DNA of 64,000 nt from Dicyema japonicum (Eukaryota; Animalia; Dicyemida). Position 1 is the stretch's first letter. The number at the start of each line of letters is the position of its first letter. The notes under the pieces were generated by a model, which was not told the origin of the DNA, ran no database searches, and was given only the letters and a program-made list of their open reading frames with translations. The stretch lies in NCBI GenBank assembly GCA_011109175.1, contig RDEW01000070.1:1-64000 (forward strand). The letters are read 5' to 3'. The translations under genes were made by a program, and so were the position numbers. Positions 1 through 11,055 of this stretch are shown in pieces.

Positions 1-759
1 TATGAAATATTAATAACCGTTCTTTACTTAATGTGTATGTCCTGCCTTAGCAGCGCTATATCTACCAACCTGAATCCATCCTTGAGGAGCAAGACGCTTT
101 GTCTAGCGAAGCATTGTTCTTCAAGTGGTAAGGGACTGCAGTGTATGCCAGTTCACCGAATTAAAGAACAGTCATATCACAAAATTGTGTTAAAAGTTCA
201 GAATTACCCAGATCCATGGGAGGCCGAACAATTCCCAGACTCAGGGAATCGTAGAAAGATTTAATCAGAGTATCACGAGGTTATCCAAAAGATTGTTTTG
301 GCTAACAAGAATGGATAAATACATTCGAAAAGCTGTATGTTTATACAATAAAACACCTCACTCATCTGAGGTATATTGGTTTTTTTTAATTTTTTGTAGG
401 TGTTAGCCCGTTCAAGAGATATCGAGGGATTCATGGATTCTACACTATTGTTGAAAATTTGTCCAGCGATTTCGTCAATGTTAAAATAGTTAAGGATCTG
501 TGATGAAAATCAAGTCGGCAAAAAGTAAAATTAGTCTGTAATATCAGTGGCAATAATCGAGACCCTTGACGTCAGTAATTTGAAGGCAACATGTCGATTT
601 TCTGTAGTTATTCGAGTTCCTGGCAAAGTAGCTGTGTCTTCGGACGGTCATTGAGATCTCTGGCATTGGAAGTAAGGATAGTTTGCACATTGGATCATCA
701 ACCGTGAATCGAACATAAGTGAAAGTAAAGGGACGTCACGTCCTTTATTTTTGACGATA

Positions 760-1425
760 ATTGACAATTGATGGATCACGCTCAGCGCTCGCGAAACACT
801 ATTTCCAAAGTTAAATTCATATTTCAATCGATGCACTCCCATCTATTTATTCATCCTTTTATAATAAGGAGAATTCAAGTCTACCCGAGGAAAATCAAAT
901 TTTGTAATCACCTTTTGTTTAGTTATAGACAAAAAACCTTTACTATATGTTTCGGAGGTGTCTTTTCCGTCTGGTTTAAACCTTTTTTAGATCAATCAGA
1001 TCAATTTGAAATCTCCCATTAGGCAAATCAGCAACAATATGACTTAAATCGTCACATTGTTTGAGAGTCACTGCAAACTTGCAAACATTGCAGTCTTTTA
1101 CAACTTGACGAATAACAGTTCTTTTGATAGCGCAAAATCTCCTACGACAAAGCGCATCCAGAGCGTTTTGTCCACAGTCTGGTGAATCTCCTGAGCAATA
1201 GTCCTTATATCTTCTTTACTAGTTAAGGGTATCACAAGTTTGTGAAGTCCGTTAACAGCTTTCAAATATAGCTTTCATCAATAACAATAAAATTTTCCGC
1301 TTTCTTTTTTATTCGGTACCTCATTTGTTTCGCAATATTCACATCTTGATCATTAAGGATTGATTTTAGAAGTTGGTACTCTTCATTATCTTTGATAACA
1401 GGATATTTCTTGGTACTAGGCATCA
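760..1425 (-). mobile_element. Decayed DDE integrase remnant (Ginger2/KRBA2-type: zinc-binding H2C2 region plus start of rve core)
   Basis: Hand translation across frameshifts gives ...IAQEIHQ..GQNALDALCRRRFCAIKRTVIRQVVKDCNVC and LSHIVADLPNGRFQIDLIDL, the HxG..C..C and (R/Q)xQxDLID pattern of this integrase group. Multiple stops. Confidence 0.55.
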
Positions 1426-2321
1426 GGTCAAAGTGACGAAATTTTCTAGCGTGGATTATTATTTTATATTCAATAAATAGTTAGCCAGACTACAATTGCA
1501 GTAAATTTTTGATAAAATAATTTAATTAATTCTGCAAGTTCCTTAGAGTCATTGGATTCCTCGTTCAGAATAGATTTGATTGATAATATGATTAAGAGGA
1601 AAGTCAACATTCATATCCATCTCAGAAGCAGAATGTCTAGGCTGGACCACTAAAAATTGCATCTTGTCTTTGGAATTATTTTAATTTAATTATTAGTCAT
1701 CTATTGGCGGTGAATAAATACTTACATTTCTTATATGTTATGTTATTTAAATTATGTCGTGTCCGAAAGAGTATATTCTGATATCTGTTAGTTTTTAAAC
1801 TGTTTGGTGAGGTGGTGACGAGCCTCGTTTCTTTATTAGATAACAGTTGCCATCTGTTTTCAACAGTGAAAATTATGTGTTATGTTTTGTTAATTATGTT
1901 TTTAGATCAATCTTGCTTCTTTTAAGAATTTCTTTGGCTATAAGTCGGCGAATATATTAGAGTTCACGTAAATCACCTAATCATGTTTCCAAAGTTTCCT
2001 AAAATTAACTTTATCTCATTTATCTAGAGATTCAATTCTTTTTATCCTTAAGTTAAAATTTATAGTTACAAATGTACGAGTCCAGAAGACAATCAGGTTC
2101 TGCAGTGGTGAAACTCGGATGACGGCGTTACTCGTCACCCAGAAGCATCGTATATGCAAAGAACCTTCTATTAAGACCTACTGGTTTTGGGTCCGGAACT
2201 TATCACACTGAGACTACTATTCAAAATCAATGTGACTTCTGGTCCTCCATAAATTTTTATAAAATTTTCGAAAAAAACTTCAAAAGAAATTTTTTGGCAT
2301 AAAAAAATACTAAAACTTAAA

Positions 2322-2770
2322 ATGTCATGTCATTCTAGAGTCTTCTTTCGGAGTCCGGCAAGCCGTCCGATTGACCGGATAAACTCACACGTGCTCGGGC
2401 CAATAACGCCAGACGTATTCCTGATCTGGGACGCGACGTGTGTTGATACTTATTCCTCGTCTAATTTGGTTGCTTCTGCTTCAGACCCAGGACATGCTTC
2501 AAAGCAGGCCAAGGAACGAAAGAGGAGGAACTACCAGAGAATTTCGGAGGAGTATCTTTTTGTTCCATTCGCGGTGAAACGTCAGGAATCCTTGGCCCCT
2601 AAGCAGATGAGTTGGTCGTAAGATCGGCTCCATGATTCAAGCTGTGACCAAGGATCCGCGAGAGACTGGTTGGTTCCGAGAACGTATCTCGTTGGCTATT
2701 GTTAGGGGAAATAGCATGGCCATTCAGATGCCTTAATTTAATTTAATTCTTTTTTCATTTAAAAAAAAAA
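2322..2770 (+). mobile_element. CRE-clade non-LTR retrotransposon 3' end (restriction-like endonuclease), degenerate
   Basis: LIWDATCVDTY..S...A...K..NY...YLFVPFAV then, after a frameshift, ...RETGWFRERISLAIVRGN. Followed by an AT-rich tail and an A-run near 2760. Confidence 0.8.
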
Positions 2771-2880
2771 ATTTCTACTTAAGTTTACAATTTTATTAAA
2801 TACATTATTTAAATAAATTTTCGAAGAATTCTTGCAGCGTGGCGCCTAGTGGTGCTATGTGGCTAGTATGTCAAAAATCA

Positions 2881-3070
2881 TTTTCTTCCCTTGATGGCGT
2901 CATAGGATCCACCTTACTGAGGAGACGCCCAATGCCTTGCCGGAATCAAGAGGATACACTATTCAGTCCCGGGGGACAATGTCGTTACTTGGAGACAAGT
3001 TCTTGAATGCTGGAACGAGTCAGGATCAACGAGTTAGTTAGTTTGGTTACCCTTAGTCTTTGGAATAAAT
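2881..3070 (+). repeat. Unclassified ~190 bp dispersed repeat, copy 1
   Basis: Clearly alignable to the reverse complement of 5471-5660 (GGATCCACCT..CTGAGGAG.CGCCCAATGC...GCTGGAACGAGTCAGGATC..GAGTTAGTTAGTTTGGTTACCCTT). Confidence 0.8.
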
Positions 3071-4329
3071 TTAATTTTTATATTTATACTGGAGAATTCT
3101 ATTAAAATGTGTTAAAGTTTTGAACAAAGGTATTTAATATATATTTTGTAGAAATTTGTTGATTTTCGTGTTGTTATTGGTGGGGGTGGCATGTTTGACA
3201 TGAGGCCATTTCTAGATATGAAACTCGACCTAATAAAAAATATTATTTATGGATTTACTGTCATAAAGAATTCCAAAAGTGTGATTTTTATTGAAAATTA
3301 TGAACCTTCGCATGTATGGACTGTGACAATTTTATATTTATATTTTTACAAAAATATTATTTTTGATTTTTTCTGTTAAAGGTAAAATTCATATTGGAAA
3401 AGTATTACGTTAATTTTACGCTGGATTTCTGGAGAGTTCAAGCCACCAATTCTTCCTGAAGCTTTGATACGAATGAACCATGGAACGTCCAGTCGTGAAT
3501 GCGAAGATCCTTAGGCCAACTCCTCCAAGACTTGAAGGAAGTTTGCATGTTTCTATTTTATTATGATTTTTAGATAATTATTATCTAATGAAGATTTCAA
3601 TATTTTTGATTATTATTAATATAATGTCCTCGGAACCACAAAATTAATTTGAGATTCCACTTTTGCCATGCATCTCACGATTACGCGCAGTAAGTTGTTT
3701 GCATCCTTTCATGTACTCAATATTTAACACTAACGGCAGTCACTCGACCGATTCGTGCTTGTGTGGGTTTGAGGGAGGAGCATCGGGCCAAGATGAAGTC
3801 CCTGCTAGTGCGTGCTCGTGTTTAGTTAGTTTGTGTAACCGTGGTCTCTGGTATTATTATACAAACTAAGAGTAATTGCATGAGCATACATTATCTGTTT
3901 TGTCGAATTTGAGCCGTCGATTTATTAGAGAAACAATAAATTAATGAGAATTTATTAATTTTTAGATTTTTAAAATAATTTTCAAAAACAGACGTATAAT
4001 TTTGAACCATCTTACAAAATCAGGTTTTCTTGNCCTGCCATTAAAAAGAGACACGAGAATTATTAGTTAGATTGGCATGCTCGAGTTTGCTCTCGTAGTT
4101 CGAGACTTTTGGTTAAGTGAATGGGTTTTATAATAGTTTGAGTATGTTTCTGCAAAATTTTCAATCGATTTGTCGAAAAATTATAATATTGATTGCACTT
4201 AATGAGACTCGTAATAGTAAGAAGTCCCCCAGAGAATGCATCAAACGTGTCTCTTCAATTTACGAAAGATACAATCCCCACTGTCACATTAGCGGTGTCG
4301 TTAGAATATGAGATGAACCACTTTTGATA

Positions 4330-5167
4330 GACCGTTTAATAAGTTCTCTCCTCTTATACGTGAGGTGGTTATATCTACATGGTTATATAGCGGCTTCCGA
4401 AGAGAAAAGCACTTTACGCTCTCCAGCTACACATAAATGGAATTAAAGAAAAATCAGAAGACGGGAGAGAAAAAAGAGTAGAGGTCTGCTCACTCTATTC
4501 AAAAAGAACGTGAAATACAGAAACATCTCCTCGAACTGAGGAAACTTGTTGGGGATGATGATGTAACAGAAATAATTGGAATCTCGCTCGGGACACAGAA
4601 GGAAGACTATGCCTTGTGAATATCCTCCTGGTTCCTTCCCGAAGAGCTATGTTATGTCAAAACCTATCAAGACTGTCTTCCTTCGATGAGATCATCATCT
4701 GCGGGGATTTTAACGCGAAGCATCCCTTATGGCTGTCAACTCAACTAGCTGACATGAGAGGAAACTATTATTGTCGCAAACAGACTCCCTAACGATATTG
4801 AATGATCCATCGAGAAATACAAGGACACCACTGAGAGAACTGATAAACCTACCTCACCGACGCAACACTCTGCTCATCGTCGCTTTCATCAAAAATTGAT
4901 TGGTCAGTCGTCTACGAAACAAGAAGCGACCGTAATCAATTGTGGTGAAGATCAAAGAGGCCAACGTGAGGAGGATTCCTAGCAGCTACAATTACAAGGT
5001 GCTAACTGGAAATTGTATCGCGAAGATAAAATAAAAATTGTTACTTGGATAGCTTCGATTCTCTGGAAGAATGCATGAGCTACTTTACCCAAAAAATCTG
5101 GAAGCAAGATCAAAGTATACCCAAACATTACTTTAAGACGGCCTTGATTAAAGAAATCAGCTTAAAA
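4330..5167 (+). mobile_element. Degenerate LINE apurinic endonuclease domain (Jockey/I-like)
   Basis: EIIICGDFNAKHPLW motif near 4690-4730 and later motifs paralogous to the 34764-35252 ORF. Runs into the assembly gap. Confidence 0.7.
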
Positions 5168-5365
5168 NNNNNNNNNNNNNNNNNNNNNNNNNNNNNNNNN
5201 NNNNNNNNNNNNNNNNNNNNNNNNNNNNNNNNNNNNNNNNNNNNNNNNNNNNNNNNNNNNNNNNNNNNNNNNNNNNNNNNNNNNNNNNNNNNNNNNNNNN
5301 NNNNNNNNNNNNNNNNNNNNNNNNNNNNNNNNNNNNNNNNNNNNNNNNNNNNNNNNNNNNNNNNN
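5168..5365. other. Assembly gap (N run)
   Basis: Run of N. Confidence 1.
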
Positions 5366-5470
5366 AAGACGAAATAATTGATGGAAGTACTAAAACTGAA
5401 AACTAATCTGAGATTTTAAATACACTATATCTGATTGAACAAAAAATAATAAATATTTAAAAAAATTAAA

Positions 5471-5660
5471 ATTATTTCCAAAAACCAAGGGTAACCAAAC
5501 TAACTAACTCCTCGATCCTGACTCGTTCCAGCATTCCACTTCTTGTCACCAGGTAACGACGTTGTCCCCGGGGAAGAATTGTTGGATCCTCTTGATGCCG
5601 GCCAAGCATTGGGCGCCTCCTCAGTCAGGTGGATCCAGTGACGCCATTGGAAGAAAGATA
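5471..5660 (-). repeat. Unclassified ~190 bp dispersed repeat, copy 2 (inverted relative to copy 1)
   Basis: Reverse complement aligns with 2881-3070. Confidence 0.8.
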
Positions 5661-8600
5661 AAAGACAGCTTTAGTTAAAATATTATTTTGATAAAAAATA
5701 AATTTTTACTTTAATGATTTTTAAATAATTTTTTTCAAATTTCCAAATTGGCCAAAAATAGTTCAGAAAAATTTTGGCCAAATTTAAGGGAGTTTATATA
5801 TTTTGTAGTAATTTGCTGATTATCGCGTTTGTTGTTAGTTGGGGATTGTATGTTTAACATGAGGCCATTTCTCGCTATGAAAATATTATTTATAGATTTA
5901 TTGCCATTCACTCCCCAATGGATTTCTTAAGCAAATGAGGGAGTTGGCTATTTTAGCTGACTAAATTGAGGAGGCTATCTGCAAGTAAATGAATGATTCT
6001 ATTTATTAATAATAAATTTCTAATGTTATTTGATTTATTGGAGATGAAGAATAGTTCCTGAGGAATGAGGCGTTTATGAAGACGGTACATGTCAACCGGC
6101 TTGTGAGTCTTTTGAGAAATAAAAAAACCATAATTGAGACAGTATTATGTTTAAGATGTGCATTTTCTACTATCGCAATTACAACGTGCAAAAGGATGGA
6201 ATGAAGTAATTCTATTTTGTAGAAATATCAGTTTTGTTGATATTTATAACAAATATATTTTTTTGAGATTTTCTGTTAAAGTAGCATTCACAGTATTACG
6301 TTAAGAATATAAAACAAATATTAATTGCGTGTGAGCATACATATTTTTTCGTCTAATTTAACAACAAAATAAGATGACGCCGATTTATTTGAGTAACACG
6401 AGGTTAGTAGGAATTTGTTAACTTTTGATTTTTCTAATAATGTTCAAAAACATACATATAATTTTGAACCACGTCACAAATTTAGGTTTTCTTGTGGTTA
6501 TAAAAGGACCAGACGACAGTTTTTGCGGTTGCAATAGTCTGCTTTTATTATTTTTTGTATAAATTCAATAAACTATGTTGACTAACTTTGGTTATGTCTT
6601 ATACATATAATTTGACTAAGATTCAGTATATTTAAAATCCAAAATGGGATCCATGTTAATTAAAGCACTTAAATTTATATTCTTCGATACTTGGCAGGGA
6701 GGATAGATTTAAGTGAAGTTATGTTATTGAATATACCTCATGAAATACTAATAACACATATTTATATAATACTTTTGATATTCATGTAAATGCGGAACTT
6801 TCAATAACGACGGGTATTATGTCGATGATATGAACTTCTATGATCGCTATTACGACGTAAGGACATTAATGAGCAGTTGACTTATAGAAATATTAACTGT
6901 GACGATTTAATGATAAAGCGTGATGTATTATCTCACCTCGTGGGCTCCATTCATATGCAATTTTCGATATTTCAACAAAATTGAAATTCTATTGAGACAA
7001 GTATTACGTTGAAGATATGAAACTTCCATTATAAATGTTATCAAGGCGTTTACAAAGATGACATGACTTTCATATTATAAAAATACTAATTCTGAATTCA
7101 ATGTTAGTTTGTCTTGTTTAAAATATTTAATGTTGTATTTCTATATTTCCACACAATTTGGTAATTTCGATTACATTTGAACTCCTCTTAGAGACAGGTA
7201 TAATCAAAGATATGCAAATTTCAACATAATCCCACTAATAAATTTCGTTAGGTCAATGTTGGAAATATATTTCAATATATGAATATAAACTGGGATTTAT
7301 TTGATGATGATGTTTCAGTGATATCAAAAGTCAAAAAACACAGAAACCTTAATTGTATAGAAACTAAAGTATAATATATTAGAAATCATTATAAGAACAT
7401 GATGAGAACAATCTCTAAATTCAGGTGATTCGTTTAATAAAGAATGTTGCTGTAGCTTTTCAGGTTTACTATTTTTGAATAAAACACTTTAGAAATGCCT
7501 TTGCAGACAAGGCTATATTAAGAAGATGGTGCCGATTTATTGAAGAAAAAGATTATTTTAAAAATAAAAAAGACCAGGTTTTTATTATGTTTTGGACTCG
7601 AGAAGTGAACAAAATCATGTTTAATTGGATTTTTTGCTGCTCAATAATTCCTAATTAAAATGTCATGTTTTCACAAAAAATCTTAAAGTGCAATGGAAAA
7701 CATTGATTCTAATGTTTTTGATAATAGTGTTATTAATATTCAACGTTTATGTTTTCTAGTGAAAATGTACTATTGAATCCAAATATTTAATTATAGTGAT
7801 AATAATGTTCGATATTTTCAGTCACAAGTCAATTTCTATTTGAGAAAGTATTACGTTGAACAAATGAATCTTTTATGGTTCGTTTTCACGGCGTGTATAA
7901 GGATGGAACATGACAACTATAGAATAGTTTGACTATGCTCGTTTGTCATGTTTGAAATTATTAATGTTATACTTATATTTCATGTAGATTTTTGTAATTT
8001 CGATTAAATTTGGCTTTTGTAAAGACATAATCAAAGATGTATGAGCGAATGTCATATAAAATACTTGTCATCAGAACAACGGAAAAAATTATTTTGGTGA
8101 TTTTAATAATTTATATATTTCAATATAATTTTGGACATTAACGGTCAAAACTGAAATTTATATGAATTTATACTGGAATATATTGGATGATGCCTGAGCA
8201 CAGTCAAGTCAAGAACGCATTGAATGAAAAATTATTGATGATTTGGAAACTTTATTAACTCACAGAATATATTATAAAGGAAGAAGAAATATTTTTCGAT
8301 TTTTATAATCATCGAGCAATCCGTCATTTTAAAAATATTGGTAATTCGTATGCCTTACTGAATTACCTTACTGAATTAGCAGAGAAATATGTTCCATTGA
8401 TTCGCTATAAAAACATGAGATTTGTAAAAAATTATTAATTTTAGACTTCAAATAAAGTTAAAAAAACGACCGATTACCTTGAACCAGGTTTTCTTAGATT
8501 TTTTTTATAAATTACAGGTTTCTTATATTTTTTATGTTTTTAGGTTCAAGAGCATTAAACGATAATTTTTGCGTAGACAATAGTGACATTTGAGTGCTTC

Positions 8601-9780
8601 GTTTTTTTGTATAAATTTCAATGACCAGTTTTTTTAATTTATTAAACTAGAAAACGTGGAATATTTACACTGAGATTCAAATAAAATAAGAATCCAAGTT
8701 TTATTTACACTGAAGACTCAAATAAAATAAGAATCCATATTTTATAGGACAATGTTCTAAGGTTTTGGATTTACATATGAAAAATGTTAAATTGTGAGGA
8801 TAAATGTGGATTTTCCAGCGAAAGTGTAAAAATGAGTTTGAATATTGTTTTTGATACATTGGATCCGAAAGTAATTAATATTACTGTCACTAAGCAAATG
8901 TGAAAGATAATATGAAATACTCCTCAGTGTACTTGATGATTTCAAATTTAATAAATTTAGTTTTTATGCACTTTTATAAATGTATAGTATTTGATAACTG
9001 TTTGTGGATTTTAGCTGTTGTTTCAAAATTCTACGATTTATAAATCATTTATTACCAAATTATTATTTAATTGTTAATTATGTAGTTACATAATTTAGTG
9101 AATATTTATATATTTTATTTTAAAATAGAAAATGATGTGCTGATATATTACATAAATACACGAGTTAATGAGAATTTTTTTCATTTTAGACATTTAAACT
9201 AGAGTTCGACTGTTAACGTATACTTTGAGCCATGTAGAAGATCAGGTGTTCATTATTATATTGTTAGACTCAAAAATGCAAAATAGCCACCTGAATTGGA
9301 ATTTGTACTCCCAAAAAATAAATTTAATTATTTTAATAATTTTTTTTAAATTTATTAAAATGTAATATTTTAATAAAAAATGTTAAAGTGGCATGAAAAA
9401 CATTGATTTGAATTTTCAATGTAACTTTTTGATATAACAGTTGCATATGTTATCAGATGTTCATGTTTTTTACTGAAAATATATTGAATCCAAATAAACT
9501 TTTAATATTACACTTTAAATAAAAATGAGAGATAATTTAAATGCATGAAGATTTTTAATACTTTCATTTTTAATAAAGTTTGTTTTTACGTATTTTTGAA
9601 ATTTTAAATTTTTTCAATTATATATACTGTTTGTTGATTTTCTTGCTGTTGTTTCAAAATTCTTCGATTTATATATTATTTATTATCACATTATTATTAA
9701 ATTTGTTATATTAAATAAATTATATAATTTAATGTAAAAATTATATAATTTATTTTTTTAATAATAAACCTATAATTCTT

Positions 9781-10064
9781 CCGGATGGAGTAGTGGCTAG
9801 GTGTCGGGCTAAAGTGGCTTAGGTCACGGGTTCGATTCTCGCTGCTGTTCATTTGGTGGAAGGTTCCATGCATCTACTATGCGGAAAGGGCTTGACGAAT
9901 GACACCGTCATCAGTGGGGATTCACTGTGGAACTGGATAGTCAGAGGGACATGCACACAAGAAAAAGAAAAATAAAAGAAATGAAGAGCATTCCTTGGTT
10001 CTCCCTCTAAGATTAGTTATAATAACTTTCTTTACTTAAATAAAGTGTGTGTCCTGCATGAGCG
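9781..10064 (+). mobile_element. tRNA-derived SINE, near full length
   Basis: A box TGGAGTAGTGG (9786-9796) and B box GGTTCGATTC (9829-9838). The ~220 bp body matches the copy at 20010-20326 and ends ...AAATAAAGTGTGTGTCCTGC. Confidence 0.8.
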
Positions 10065-10204
10065 AAACCCTAGGCATCTTACGTGCTTGTGGCAACGCGG
10101 TAGTGCTTAACATTATATATATTATAATTCTTCCAATAGTTAGTAAAAGTCATCGACGTAGCTCGTCGCGAATGATGTGAATGGTTTGGATACGCCGAAC
10201 GATC

Positions 10205-11055
10205 NNNNNNNNNNNNNNNNNNNNNNNNNNNNNNNNNNNNNNNNNNNNNNNNNNNNNNNNNNNNNNNNNNNNNNNNNNNNNNNNNNNNNNNNNNNNNNNN
10301 NNNNNNNNNNNNNNNNNNNNNNNNNNNNNNNNNNNNNNNNNNNNNNNNNNNNNNNNNNNNNNNNNNNNNNNNNNNNNNNNNNNNNNNNNNNNNNNNNNNN
10401 NNNNNNNNNNNNNNNNNNNNNNNNNNNNNNNNNNNNNNNNNNNNNNNNNNNNNNNNNNNNNNNNNNNNNNNNNNNNNNNNNNNNNNNNNNNNNNNNNNNN
10501 NNNNNNNNNNNNNNNNNNNNNNNNNNNNNNNNNNNNNNNNNNNNNNNNNNNNNNNNNNNNNNNNNNNNNNNNNNNNNNNNNNNNNNNNNNNNNNNNNNNN
10601 NNNNNNNNNNNNNNNNNNNNNNNNNNNNNNNNNNNNNNNNNNNNNNNNNNNNNNNNNNNNNNNNNNNNNNNNNNNNNNNNNNNNNNNNNNNNNNNNNNNN
10701 NNNNNNNNNNNNNNNNNNNNNNNNNNNNNNNNNNNNNNNNNNNNNNNNNNNNNNNNNNNNNNNNNNNNNNNNNNNNNNNNNNNNNNNNNNNNNNNNNNNN
10801 NNNNNNNNNNNNNNNNNNNNNNNNNNNNNNNNNNNNNNNNNNNNNNNNNNNNNNNNNNNNNNNNNNNNNNNNNNNNNNNNNNNNNNNNNNNNNNNNNNNN
10901 NNNNNNNNNNNNNNNNNNNNNNNNNNNNNNNNNNNNNNNNNNNNNNNNNNNNNNNNNNNNNNNNNNNNNNNNNNNNNNNNNNNNNNNNNNNNNNNNNNNN
11001 NNNNNNNNNNNNNNNNNNNNNNNNNNNNNNNNNNNNNNNNNNNNNNNNNNNNNNA
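10205..11055. other. Assembly gap (N run)
   Basis: Run of N. Confidence 1.

Larger units (their letters stand above)
3120..9760 (+). repeat. Degenerate tandem array of ~1 kb AT-rich paralogous units, probably decayed copies of an unknown gene family; interrupted by TE fragments
   Basis: AGTATTACGTT recurs at 3401, 6292, 7000, 7847 and 12095. An ATTTTGAACC..AGGTTTTCTTG-like block recurs near 4000, 6460, 8480 and 9225. 7680-7800 resembles 9380-9510, and 6520-6640 resembles 8565-8690. Shared peptide traces (KYYVE.MN, CY.G.YKDDM, YMN..W...DD) are broken by stops. Confidence 0.6.

Noticed and set aside
2915-2960. CTGAGGA..GG(A/C)A in the 190-bp repeat as a hammerhead or HDV ribozyme
   Set aside because: GAAA is not conserved and stem I cannot form. 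The GGCCGGCAT resemblance to HDV is not followed by the required pseudoknot.
9781-9850. Functional tRNA gene
   Set aside because: A and B boxes are present but the acceptor and anticodon stems do not pair well, and the same non-tRNA body follows in every copy, so it is a SINE head.
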